From the IMG/VR virus record IMGVR_UViG_3300025141_000062, positions 1-64,000 of that record: DNA of 64,000 nt. One strand, written 5' to 3'. Of this stretch, positions 39,381 to 48,739 are shown one piece after another (within the stretch, counting starts at the first letter, position 1; the number at the start of each line of letters is the position of its first letter). The notes below the pieces were generated by a model. That model was not told the origin of the DNA. It was given only the letters and a program-made list of their open reading frames with translations, and searched no databases. The translations under genes were made by a program, and so were the position numbers. This DNA comes from a virus.

Positions 39381-40592
39381 ATGGCAGAGGGAATTCCAAA
39401 AAAATTCGAGGGAACAAATGTCCCAGATGATTTCTATATACCTCCATGCGGTATTGAGAATATAGATAGGGCAATATTTGAACTCTTTGATAAGCGACTT
39501 AATTTTTCAATATCTGTTGACGGTGTACCTAGAAAGGTTCCAGTCGTCTTTGCTGCAGGTGAAAGATTTGCACTTACAAGGCGCTTATCTGACATAAGAG
39601 ATGTCAACAATACACTAATCCTCCCCATTATATCCATAGAGAGGGGAACAATAGACTACTCTGCAGCACAAAGCCCATATGGGACACCAATTGCGACAAG
39701 AGATCAGATATCATATACAGTAAGGAGAAGGCTAGATAGCACAGATAGAGACTATCAAAACATTATCAACAAGCTATCTTTAAAAAATCAATCAAACGTA
39801 TCAAGTAGAGATAATTTTGGAAGTAGTGAAATATTTCCAGGAAATGATGCAAGGCCGGGAAGGGTTGCGTCTAGAAGAAATTCATCAAACTTATCATTTG
39901 TTGACAATCCTAGTGGGAAGCTACTGTCTCCAAATATTGAAGATAATATATTTGAAATAATAACAATTCCCTATCCTGAGTTTGTAACAATAGAATATAA
40001 TGTTTCATTTTGGACACAGTACTTGCAAAATATGAATAAGCTTCTTGAATCAATCCTTATCCAATTTGATGGACAGGAAAAGGCCTTTAGGATAAATACA
40101 AGAGAGGGATACGAGCTAGTTGCATACTTTCAAGGACAATTCACATCAGATACAAACTTTAGTGACTTTACAGACAATGAAAGAGTAATTAAGCATAATT
40201 TTAATATCAAGGTACCTGCATTTATTATTGCACCAGATTCAGATGATCTTCCAACTCCATTTAGAAGATTTTTATCTGCACCGACTATTGAATTTGGAGT
40301 CAGTCAAGCAAAAAGCCAGATATCATCAACAGAGGCAAAAGGCCCAGGTCAAAATGACATAAATAAGTTTATACTTAGCGATGTTAATGAGCTTGACTCA
40401 AGCGGTAATCAGCTTGATCAAAGAGGACAGCACGGTGTAAGAGTTCTTGAGACAATTGCGAATCCCTTTACTGGAAAAAATGAAAAGAAATTTGTTAAAA
40501 TTATAACAAAAAACCAAAGGTCTGGAGAGACTGTTGCAAGCTCTAGAATTATAGTAGACCTAGAAACAATAAATGATACCAATAGTCATTGA
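39381..40592 (+). CDS. tail completion/terminator protein (gp15-like)
   Basis: KVPVVFAAGERF, LPIISIER, PEFVTIEYNVSFWT; lies just before the sheath genes. Confidence 0.65.
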   Translation: MAEGIPKKFEGTNVPDDFYIPPCGIENIDRAIFELFDKRLNFSISVDGVPRKVPVVFAAGERFALTRRLSDIRDVNNTLILPIISIERGTIDYSAAQSPYGTPIATRDQISYTVRRRLDSTDRDYQNIINKLSLKNQSNVSSRDNFGSSEIFPGNDARPGRVASRRNSSNLSFVDNPSGKLLSPNIEDNIFEIITIPYPEFVTIEYNVSFWTQYLQNMNKLLESILIQFDGQEKAFRINTREGYELVAYFQGQFTSDTNFSDFTDNERVIKHNFNIKVPAFIIAPDSDDLPTPFRRFLSAPTIEFGVSQAKSQISSTEAKGPGQNDINKFILSDVNELDSSGNQLDQRGQHGVRVLETIANPFTGKNEKKFVKIITKNQRSGETVASSRIIVDLETINDTNSH

Positions 40593-40653
40593 GACATTTG
40601 ACTCACAAGACGATAGTTATATGTGAGTAGATTGAATTAAAGGAGAAAGATCT

Positions 40654-43600
40654 ATGTCTGAACAGACCTTCAGATCGCCGGGATTTTTTGAAAGAGAAAT
40701 CGACCTATCTCAAAGGTCCGAGGAGATTTCAGGTGTTCCAGCAGGTGTCATTGGAACATCAGAAACAGGACCTGCATTTATTCCTGTTACAGTTGGATCA
40801 TTTGCTGACTTCCGGGCTAGATTTGGCGACCTAGACTCTACAAAGTTTGGGCCGTATGCGGCTAATGAATTTTTAAAAAATAGAACAGCACTAACCTTCA
40901 TAAGGGTTCTGGGCGCTGGATCAAATGAGACATCTACAGATATTGCCAATACAACAAATATGGGAACTGTAAAGAATGCAGGCTTTAAGATAATCGGAGC
41001 ACAGACAAATGCTTCGATTGGTGCTGGAAGATCTGGATTCTATGAGGGTGCAGTGCAGTTCATAGCTGCAAGGCATATTATTGACAAGAATGAAGATGTA
41101 GGTTTCCCAGTATTTTCTGACAATGTCAGCTATGGCCTAAGCCGTACAGATAGGGGTGATGAGGCGTTTCTCGTGAGAGGAATGGTCTTTATGTCAACAG
41201 CAAGCAAGCTTCAGATTCTTAGCTATGACGCAAATTACTCTCCAGCAACTGAGTCTGATCTTGCAACTGCAGGACCGGGATCACTTGGAGAAGCAAGCCC
41301 TCTCTATAAGAAGTTTAAGCTTGTTATATCAAGCTCAGCCGGGACTTCATTCGGTAGCGATGAAGGATATGCAGGATTAAAGATACTTACTGCATCTCTA
41401 GACCCATCGGATGATGCATATATTTCAAAGGTACTAAATACAGATCCAGAAAGATTTCAAATTGAGCAGCACCTTCTTTACGGTGACTTTGCCGTTGAAG
41501 ATGAAATAGCAACAATTTCAACAGGGTCTGGAGATATAGGCCTTCTTTCAGGATCAAATTCTACATCTCCGTCTTCTGGAGATACTTCTCTTGCATATAG
41601 AGATATGTTTGGAAGGTTTGACACAAGATATAGGGGCGCAAAAACAACACCGTTTATCTCTCAACCTTACGGTGAAAAAGAGTGGGATTTATTCCACTTT
41701 GAGACAATTGCAGATGGTGCTGCTATTAGTGATAAGTATAAGGTGTCAATATCTGATATTAGGATGTCATCTGATCCGAAAAATCCAGTTGGATCATTCT
41801 CTGTCCTAGTAAGGGCATTTGATGATACAGATACAGCACCTCAGGTGTTAGAGCAGTATGGAAACTGTACACTTGATAAGAATGATGATGATTTCGTTGC
41901 TAAAAAGATCGGCGACCTAAGCGTTAAATTTAACTTTGATGCAGAAGATCCCGATGAAAGAAGATTTGTTGTTAGGGGAAGCTATCCAAATGTTTCAAAC
42001 AGGGTCAGAATAGTCATGAGCAATGACTTCTTAAATGGAAATGTTCCAAGAGATGCACTTCCGTTTGGTTTTAGAGGCCTCCCTGTTCCTAAGACAAATA
42101 ACCTTCTGTGCGATGTAACTATTTCAAAATCCACAACACCTGCTGCGTCAGGAGTGCCACAATACCTGCTTGATGTTGTCGGCGGATCTGATACTGTCAG
42201 AATGGCATTTGTATCAGGCTCGTGGCATCAAACAGCAAACGAGCCCGATGACGATTCTCAGCCCCAACTTAAGCTATCAGGATCAATTGTTCCACCAGTT
42301 CCTCATAGATTTAAGGTGACCAGGGGTAATACATCTGTATCAAGAAGGACAGATGCAGCTCGCACTGCTGCAGGATATCCTGGAACAAATGAGAGGGCTG
42401 ATAACAGATACTATTGGGGTATCATGACAGCGAGGCTTCCAAGAACTGGCACCCTTGCTGATGCCATACTCAATCCAAATGTAGGTTCTGAGCCCAATCC
42501 TCTAGTTAGAAGCTATACTAAGTTTCTCGGAATTGAAAAGCTAGATTCTATGGTAACAGGATCTGGTGCAGATAGATTTAATGATAATAAATTCTCTCTA
42601 TCAAAGGTCGCACTTGGAAACAGGCTTGATGGAAGAACTCTAGTTAAGACACTAGAGGCTAACATTACAGGATCAGCAGATGAGCACATGCTAGATGCTG
42701 CATACATTAGAGATGGAAGGCCAATACCTGGAGACTACACTGTCCATGATCATGTCGGAGGGGCAACTAGAAGGGTGACACTGGGATCTTTGGTCTCGCT
42801 CACATCGTCTGTATATTTTAATAGATTTTCAAACTACAATAAGTTTACAAATATATTCTATGGCGGATTTGATGGAAACAATATTCTAGATGTTGATATG
42901 TCTAGAATGAATGATAGGGCTGCTTCAACTGATACAGGCGGAAAGGCTGGAAGGACAAATCCAGCTGCAAGCTCTGACCTTGATATTGGTCTTACATCAA
43001 CATATAACGTAGGGACAGGAAAGTTCAATAACGCGATATTCTCATACAGGTCTGCAATAGATATTATAACAGATCCCATGGTTACAAGGATTAATATCCT
43101 GTCTGTTCCAGGGATAAGAGATACATTTGTTACAGATCATGCTGCAGATAAGACACGTGACTACAGTCAGGCAATGTATCTTATGGATCTGCCACTATAT
43201 AACTCAGATGAAGTTAGAATGTTTGATAATGATGGCTTGAGAGCAAGTGTTGAAAAGACTGTTGAGAAGCTAGAGTCTCGGGCTGTTGATAACAATTATG
43301 TTGCAACATATTTCCCTGATGTAAGTATGATAGACGATAGCACAGGAAATCCTGTAAGGATGCCTTCTTCAATCGCTGCGCTATCTGCTCTCGGATTTAA
43401 CGATGCTGTATCATATCCATGGTTTGCACCAGCAGGATTTAACAGGGCAGCACTCTCAAATGTGGTTAACACATCATGCAGATTAAACAGCGCAGATAGG
43501 GATGATCTATATGATGCAAGAATAAATCCAATAGCAACATTTCCAAATGCAGGATTTGTTATATTTGGGCAAAAAACACTTCAGCAGGCAAAATCTGCAC

Positions 43601-43917
43601 TCGATAGAGTAAATGTTAGAAGAATGCTTCTCGAAGTTAAGCGCCTTGTATCAGAAATTGCAAGAAGTATTGTGTTTGAGCAAAATACACCGACAACTAG
43701 GGCGAAATTTGTATCGCAGGTGACACCTCAGCTAGCACTAATTCAAAGCCAGCAGGGAATTGATCAATTCAGAGTTGTTATGGATGAGAGCAATAATACT
43801 ACAGAAGACATAGAGTCAAATAGGTTAAATGGTAAGATTATTCTTGTTCCAACTAGAGCAGTTGAGTTTATATCAATTGACTTCATTATTACAAATTCTG
43901 GTGTTAGTTTTGAGTAA
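40654..43917 (+). CDS. contractile tail sheath protein 1
   Basis: SPGFFEREIDLS, GPAFIPV, PWFAPAGFNR, INPIATFP, GQKTL, SALDRVNVRRML, FEQN, EFISIDF. Confidence 0.93.
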   Translation: MSEQTFRSPGFFEREIDLSQRSEEISGVPAGVIGTSETGPAFIPVTVGSFADFRARFGDLDSTKFGPYAANEFLKNRTALTFIRVLGAGSNETSTDIANTTNMGTVKNAGFKIIGAQTNASIGAGRSGFYEGAVQFIAARHIIDKNEDVGFPVFSDNVSYGLSRTDRGDEAFLVRGMVFMSTASKLQILSYDANYSPATESDLATAGPGSLGEASPLYKKFKLVISSSAGTSFGSDEGYAGLKILTASLDPSDDAYISKVLNTDPERFQIEQHLLYGDFAVEDEIATISTGSGDIGLLSGSNSTSPSSGDTSLAYRDMFGRFDTRYRGAKTTPFISQPYGEKEWDLFHFETIADGAAISDKYKVSISDIRMSSDPKNPVGSFSVLVRAFDDTDTAPQVLEQYGNCTLDKNDDDFVAKKIGDLSVKFNFDAEDPDERRFVVRGSYPNVSNRVRIVMSNDFLNGNVPRDALPFGFRGLPVPKTNNLLCDVTISKSTTPAASGVPQYLLDVVGGSDTVRMAFVSGSWHQTANEPDDDSQPQLKLSGSIVPPVPHRFKVTRGNTSVSRRTDAARTAAGYPGTNERADNRYYWGIMTARLPRTGTLADAILNPNVGSEPNPLVRSYTKFLGIEKLDSMVTGSGADRFNDNKFSLSKVALGNRLDGRTLVKTLEANITGSADEHMLDAAYIRDGRPIPGDYTVHDHVGGATRRVTLGSLVSLTSSVYFNRFSNYNKFTNIFYGGFDGNNILDVDMSRMNDRAASTDTGGKAGRTNPAASSDLDIGLTSTYNVGTGKFNNAIFSYRSAIDIITDPMVTRINILSVPGIRDTFVTDHAADKTRDYSQAMYLMDLPLYNSDEVRMFDNDGLRASVEKTVEKLESRAVDNNYVATYFPDVSMIDDSTGNPVRMPSSIAALSALGFNDAVSYPWFAPAGFNRAALSNVVNTSCRLNSADRDDLYDARINPIATFPNAGFVIFGQKTLQQAKSALDRVNVRRMLLEVKRLVSEIARSIVFEQNTPTTRAKFVSQVTPQLALIQSQQGIDQFRVVMDESNNTTEDIESNRLNGKIILVPTRAVEFISIDFIITNSGVSFE

Positions 43918-43955
43918 CTTATATTTAATTATTAGAAACTTTGGAGAAAAGAAGA

Positions 43956-46900
43956 ATGCCTGAACTGACATTCAAAAGCGCTGGTATCAGCGTAAGAGAA
44001 ATTGATCTATCGCAGCCGACTCCTACAACACCAACTGGTGTTCCTGCAGGTATTATCGGAACATCAAATGAAGGCCCGGCTTTTGTCCCTGTGACAGTTG
44101 CAAACTTTAGTGAATTCATATCTAGATTTGGTTCAACAGATGGTGAAAAATTTGGGCCTCTAGCAGTCAATGAGTGGCTTAAGAATGCATCTTCTGCAAC
44201 ATACATTAGAGTTCTAGGTGCTGGAGACGGAAAGAGAAGAAATACAAGCACAGGAAAAGTTACAAACGCTGGATTTGTAGCTGGTGCACAACAGGTCCAA
44301 GCAACTGGAATAGTTGCAGCAAATCCGTTTGCAAATACCGGAGGAGACACAGGAAACACATATTTTCTAGGCTGTTATATGTCTCAGTCGTCTAACTCCT
44401 CTGTATTTATAGATGCAGGAAATATAGATCATAAGCCGATAGTTAGAGGAGTCTTAATGGCACCCGATGGTGTTATATTAAGGCTCTCAAGCTCCTCGCC
44501 GACTGGTTCAAATCTTATGAATGCACCAGGTTCAACTGTAATTGGCAAAGAGGGCAACACTCTTATGCGAGGAGCAGTTACAGGGTCTGTAGATCTTGCA
44601 AATGGAAACTTTGTCATGATGCTCAATGGCCACAAGGGAACAGCTGAGAATCCCAGAGTCATTACTGCATCGTTTGATGTCAATTCTCCTATGTATCTTC
44701 CAAACGTCTTTAACACAGATCCGTTTAGCATTCAAGAAGCAGGACACTATCTTTACAGCCACTATGACATCCACAGCTCTCAGGCAGTCGCTACAGGCTC
44801 AGGCTTTATAGTTCAAAACTATCCAGGCCCTCATAGAATAAATCTTGGAGAGGGAGATCACGTACTTGAGCCTATTGCATTCCTAACAACAGGTGCCCTT
44901 GCTGGAGGAAGCTCAACTGTTCCAGACTATAGGTCATTTGAAGATAGATTCGCAACTGCAAAGTCTCCATATGTCATATCACAGGAGTTCGGCGGAAGCC
45001 CTTATAATCTATTTAAAGTTGAATCTTTATCAGATGGCTCAGCTTCAAACACTAGATTTAAAATATCAATAGAAAATATTGCAAAATCGAATTCTGATGC
45101 AAATCAATTTGGAAAATTTGACCTTGTAGTTAGAGATTTTTATGACAATGATTCAGAAAAGGTAGTTCTTGAGCAATTTAGAGGGCTTTCACTGGATAGG
45201 GATTCTGATAGATATTTTGCTAGAGTCATAGGTGATCAAAAGATCTATTTTGACTTCGACCAAAAATCAACTGCACAAAAGATGGTTGTAGATGGTGATT
45301 TTAAAAATCAGTCAAGGTATATAAGAGTCAATGTATCTTCTGAGGTTGTTGCAGGATCTGTACCGGACAATGCACTACCACTAGGATTTAGAGGCCACTT
45401 CCATCTTGTTACATCTGGAACAGCTCCTTTAACAACCGTATTAGATGGATCCGGCGGTGGGGGTCCAAACACGCTGGCTGCTGACATGGCTTCAAATGTA
45501 CTAAAGCGGTCAATCGTTCCGCCCGTTCCGTTTAGAGATAATTTAAATATTGGATTAGACCCTAAGAAAGTAGTGCAGCCAAGTCTTTACTGGGGATGTC
45601 AATTTACAAGAAAGGTAGACTTAGACCAGCCAAACAAGCCTGATCTTTTTGAAAGAAGCTTTGAAGGCTATGCCAAATATTTTCCAACATTTGCTGTCTC
45701 AAATCTAAATGTCTCTGTTGGAGATAATGAAGGAAAGGCAGACACATCTGCAAACCCACTTCTTGATGCAGACAGATTTAATAACAATAAGTTCACACTA
45801 GAAAACATTAAGGTGAGAACTGGATCTGATACTTACGCAGATCCGAAGGAATGGGTAACAGCTTCATATGTTAGAAATGGAGACATATCTGCAAATCCCG
45901 GACTTAAGACTAGAGCATTCTCAGTTAATGATCTTGGGGTCGTTGGAAATAGAAAATATGCCAAGTTTACATTCTTCCTTCAAGGAGGATTCGATGGTAC
46001 AAATATCTTCAATAAGGATAAGTCAAACCTTCTAGACAATGCAGCAAAAAGAGAGATGGATGATTCATCAAATCAGGGCGGAAAAGATGGTCCAACAGTT
46101 GCATCATATAGAAAGGCAATAGACATCATTGGTAGCAAGACAGATGCTGAGATAAAGCTACTTGCTATCCCAGGGATGAGAGACGAGTCGATATCAGACT
46201 ACGCAATAGATGCAGTTGAAAGTAGATTTGATTCAATGTATATAATGGATATTGAGGAATATGACACTGTCAACAAGATAGTTACATCATCAATCCAAGA
46301 TGTAGGTGTTTCAAATACAGTTACAAAGTTCAAAAATAGAGCACTAGACACATCATTTGCTGCTGCATACTTTCCAGATGTAGTTGTGCAGGATCCGACG
46401 ACATTAACAAATGTTAAGGTTCCGCCATCTGTTGCAGTTCTGGGCGCATTCTCTCTAAACGATACACTTGGACACCCATGGTTTGCTCCTGCAGGATTCT
46501 CTAGGGGGTCTCTGACGTCAGTAATACAGGCCTCAGTAGACCTTAACAGGGCAAATCTTGATGAGATCTATGATGCAGACATTAACCCACTCACAGACTT
46601 CCCGGGAACAGGTGTAGTTGTTTGGGGTCAAAAGACACTCCTTGCAGCAGCTTCTGCTCTTGACAGGGTTAATGTTAGAAGGCTTCTAATTGATATAAGA
46701 AGAAAGGTTAGAGCAATTGCAAATACGCTTCTATTCGAACCAAATAGAGAGTCAACATTAGAGAAGTTTTCCGGCCTGGTTAATCCAATCCTTCAGAAGA
46801 TTCAGGAGCAAAGCGGGCTAGATAGATATAAGGTCATAATTGACACAACAACAACTACACAAGCAGATATTGAAAATAACACCATTAGAGGAAAGATCTT

Positions 46901-46973
46901 TGTACAGCCTACTCGAACAGCAGAGTTTGTTGCACTAGACTTTGTTGTCACTAATGCAGGTGCTATTGTCTAG
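43956..46973 (+). CDS. contractile tail sheath protein 2
   Basis: Same sheath motifs (PWFAPAGFSRG, WGQKTL, LDRVNVRRLL, FEPN). ATG at 43956 after GGAG. Confidence 0.93.
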   Translation: MPELTFKSAGISVREIDLSQPTPTTPTGVPAGIIGTSNEGPAFVPVTVANFSEFISRFGSTDGEKFGPLAVNEWLKNASSATYIRVLGAGDGKRRNTSTGKVTNAGFVAGAQQVQATGIVAANPFANTGGDTGNTYFLGCYMSQSSNSSVFIDAGNIDHKPIVRGVLMAPDGVILRLSSSSPTGSNLMNAPGSTVIGKEGNTLMRGAVTGSVDLANGNFVMMLNGHKGTAENPRVITASFDVNSPMYLPNVFNTDPFSIQEAGHYLYSHYDIHSSQAVATGSGFIVQNYPGPHRINLGEGDHVLEPIAFLTTGALAGGSSTVPDYRSFEDRFATAKSPYVISQEFGGSPYNLFKVESLSDGSASNTRFKISIENIAKSNSDANQFGKFDLVVRDFYDNDSEKVVLEQFRGLSLDRDSDRYFARVIGDQKIYFDFDQKSTAQKMVVDGDFKNQSRYIRVNVSSEVVAGSVPDNALPLGFRGHFHLVTSGTAPLTTVLDGSGGGGPNTLAADMASNVLKRSIVPPVPFRDNLNIGLDPKKVVQPSLYWGCQFTRKVDLDQPNKPDLFERSFEGYAKYFPTFAVSNLNVSVGDNEGKADTSANPLLDADRFNNNKFTLENIKVRTGSDTYADPKEWVTASYVRNGDISANPGLKTRAFSVNDLGVVGNRKYAKFTFFLQGGFDGTNIFNKDKSNLLDNAAKREMDDSSNQGGKDGPTVASYRKAIDIIGSKTDAEIKLLAIPGMRDESISDYAIDAVESRFDSMYIMDIEEYDTVNKIVTSSIQDVGVSNTVTKFKNRALDTSFAAAYFPDVVVQDPTTLTNVKVPPSVAVLGAFSLNDTLGHPWFAPAGFSRGSLTSVIQASVDLNRANLDEIYDADINPLTDFPGTGVVVWGQKTLLAAASALDRVNVRRLLIDIRRKVRAIANTLLFEPNRESTLEKFSGLVNPILQKIQEQSGLDRYKVIIDTTTTTQADIENNTIRGKIFVQPTRTAEFVALDFVVTNAGAIV

Positions 46974-47027
46974 AAAGCTTGGAAGTCATATACTTAAAAT
47001 AGTAATTCCCTCTCGGAGAAATTTAAA

Positions 47028-47519
47028 ATGGCAGAAACACTTAACGTTACAGATTTACTTCCCAATAAGTTTGAACCCAAAAGAAAATATAGATGGGTTT
47101 TCGCTATAGAGGGAATAGATGCGTTTTTAATTAAAACAGCAGGTCGACCAGGCTTTACTCACACAGAGTCGACAATAAAGTTTATTAACTCAATCAGATA
47201 TCTTGCTGGTCGTCAAACATTTGATCCAATATCAGTTACGATGTATGATCCAATTGCACCATCAGGAGCACAGCAGGTGATGGAGTGGCTTAGGCTGCAC
47301 TATGAATCAGTCTCTGGAAGGGCGGGTTACGCTGACTTCTACAAGAGAGATTGTCAGATAAAGCTTCTCGATCCTGTTGGAACAGTTATTGAGCTTTGGG
47401 ATCTCAAGGGCTGCTTCATACAGAATGCTAAGTTTAACGACCTATCATACGACGACGATCAGACGCCGATGGAGATCAACATGTCTCTAAGATATGATAA
47501 CTGCGTACTTCAGTACTGA
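47028..47519 (+). CDS. tail tube protein (T4 gp19-like)
   Basis: EPKRKYRW, VMEW, GYADFYKRD, WDLKGCF, LRYD; directly after the sheaths. Confidence 0.88.
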   Translation: MAETLNVTDLLPNKFEPKRKYRWVFAIEGIDAFLIKTAGRPGFTHTESTIKFINSIRYLAGRQTFDPISVTMYDPIAPSGAQQVMEWLRLHYESVSGRAGYADFYKRDCQIKLLDPVGTVIELWDLKGCFIQNAKFNDLSYDDDQTPMEINMSLRYDNCVLQY

Positions 47520-47540
47520 TATACTTACTTATTAGCATAT

Positions 47541-47566
47541 AGGCCCACTTCATGTGGGCCTTTTTA
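47541..47566 (+). terminator. rho-independent terminator after the tail tube gene
   Basis: AGGCCCAC-TTCAT-GTGGGCCT followed by TTTT. Confidence 0.85.
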
Positions 47567-47619
47567 TTTACATGATAGATATGTTAATATAAGATTTTAT
47601 CTAAAAAAGGGAGGTTTTC

Positions 47620-48474
47620 TTGTCAGAAGACAGAACGACCAGAAACCAGATATTTGGCGGACAAGATATTTCATCTGGAATAGAGAGAAGAAGTATTATG
47701 GAGGATGACTTTGGGTGGGATGTCCCTGTTGAGACAGTTCCAATTCCATCTGAAGGGAAAGTTTATCATCAAAATAGTAGCTTATTTAATAGAAGCACTG
47801 TTGATATTAAGGCTATGACTGCTTATGAGGAAGATATACTGACATCAAGAGCTCTCATTACAAGAGGGGTTGTCATTAATAAGCTCCTAGAGTCGTGTGT
47901 GATCGAAGAGGGAATAGATGTCAGTGAGATGCTTATCGGGGATAGAAATGCCTTGATGGTCGCTGTCAGGGTTACTGGATATGGCGTAGAGTATAATGCT
48001 TCAACAAGGTGCCCTGTGTGCGCAGCAGCAGGAAGCTATACATTTAATCTAGGAGAGCTTTCAATTAAACGACTTGACATAAATCCTGTCACACCAGGTG
48101 AAAATAGATTTGAATTCATACTACCTGTGACAAAGAAGACAGTACACTTTAAGTTTCTAACAGGAAGAGATGAGTCTGAGATGTCTCAAGAAGGTGACAG
48201 ACTTAAGAAGATGTTTCCAGATAAAGAAGTGGAAAATAACGTTACAAGAAAGCTTAAGCGTTCAATATTGTCAGTTGATGGAATTCAAGATAGAAGCAAG
48301 GTTGATAAGTTTGTTATGAATATGCCTGCTCTTGACTCAAGAAGACTTCGTGGCTATATTGATACATATGAGCCAGGAATTGACATGTCTAGTAGCATGA
48401 CATGCAGAGCTTGTGGTGCTACATCGGAGGTATCTTTGCCCATGGCGGCATCGTTTTTTTGGCCTAGGGACTGA
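47620..48474 (+). CDS. baseplate hub/tail assembly chaperone (T4 gp26-like)
   Basis: VPIPSEG, MTAYEEDIL, GDRNALMVAVR, CxxC pairs, FILPVTKK, C-terminal FFWP; between tube and tape measure. Confidence 0.75.
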   Translation: MSEDRTTRNQIFGGQDISSGIERRSIMEDDFGWDVPVETVPIPSEGKVYHQNSSLFNRSTVDIKAMTAYEEDILTSRALITRGVVINKLLESCVIEEGIDVSEMLIGDRNALMVAVRVTGYGVEYNASTRCPVCAAAGSYTFNLGELSIKRLDINPVTPGENRFEFILPVTKKTVHFKFLTGRDESEMSQEGDRLKKMFPDKEVENNVTRKLKRSILSVDGIQDRSKVDKFVMNMPALDSRRLRGYIDTYEPGIDMSSSMTCRACGATSEVSLPMAASFFWPRD

Positions 48475-48694
48475 CCACAGAGAGAACGTCTTAGAGGAGA
48501 TATTCATCCTCATGACTCATCTAAGGATGAGCTATACAGATTGCAGAAGGATCCCTATCGTTTATAGGCGGTGGTTTATAGACAGAATAGTAAAGGACGT
48601 CAAGAGAAAGAAAGAGGCTATATCAGGAGAAAACACGATAGACCAGGACACAGGTCCATCAGTAAGCCTAATGGGTCAAAAGAGATTTGTGTGA
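48455..48694 (+). CDS. frameshift-accessed C-terminal extension of the tail chaperone (G-T-like)
   Basis: The +1 frame from the T7 run reads FFGLGTDHRENVLEEIFILM...IPIVYRRWFIDRI. No convincing SD/start of its own. Confidence 0.6.
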   Translation, partial: FFGLGTDHRENVLEEIFILMTHLRMSYTDCRRIPIVYRRWFIDRIVKDVKRKKEAISGENTIDQDTGPSVSLMGQKRFV

Positions 48695-48739
48695 TTCTCT
48701 AGATAGAGCATATTTAGTGATAGCACCACGGGGAATCAA

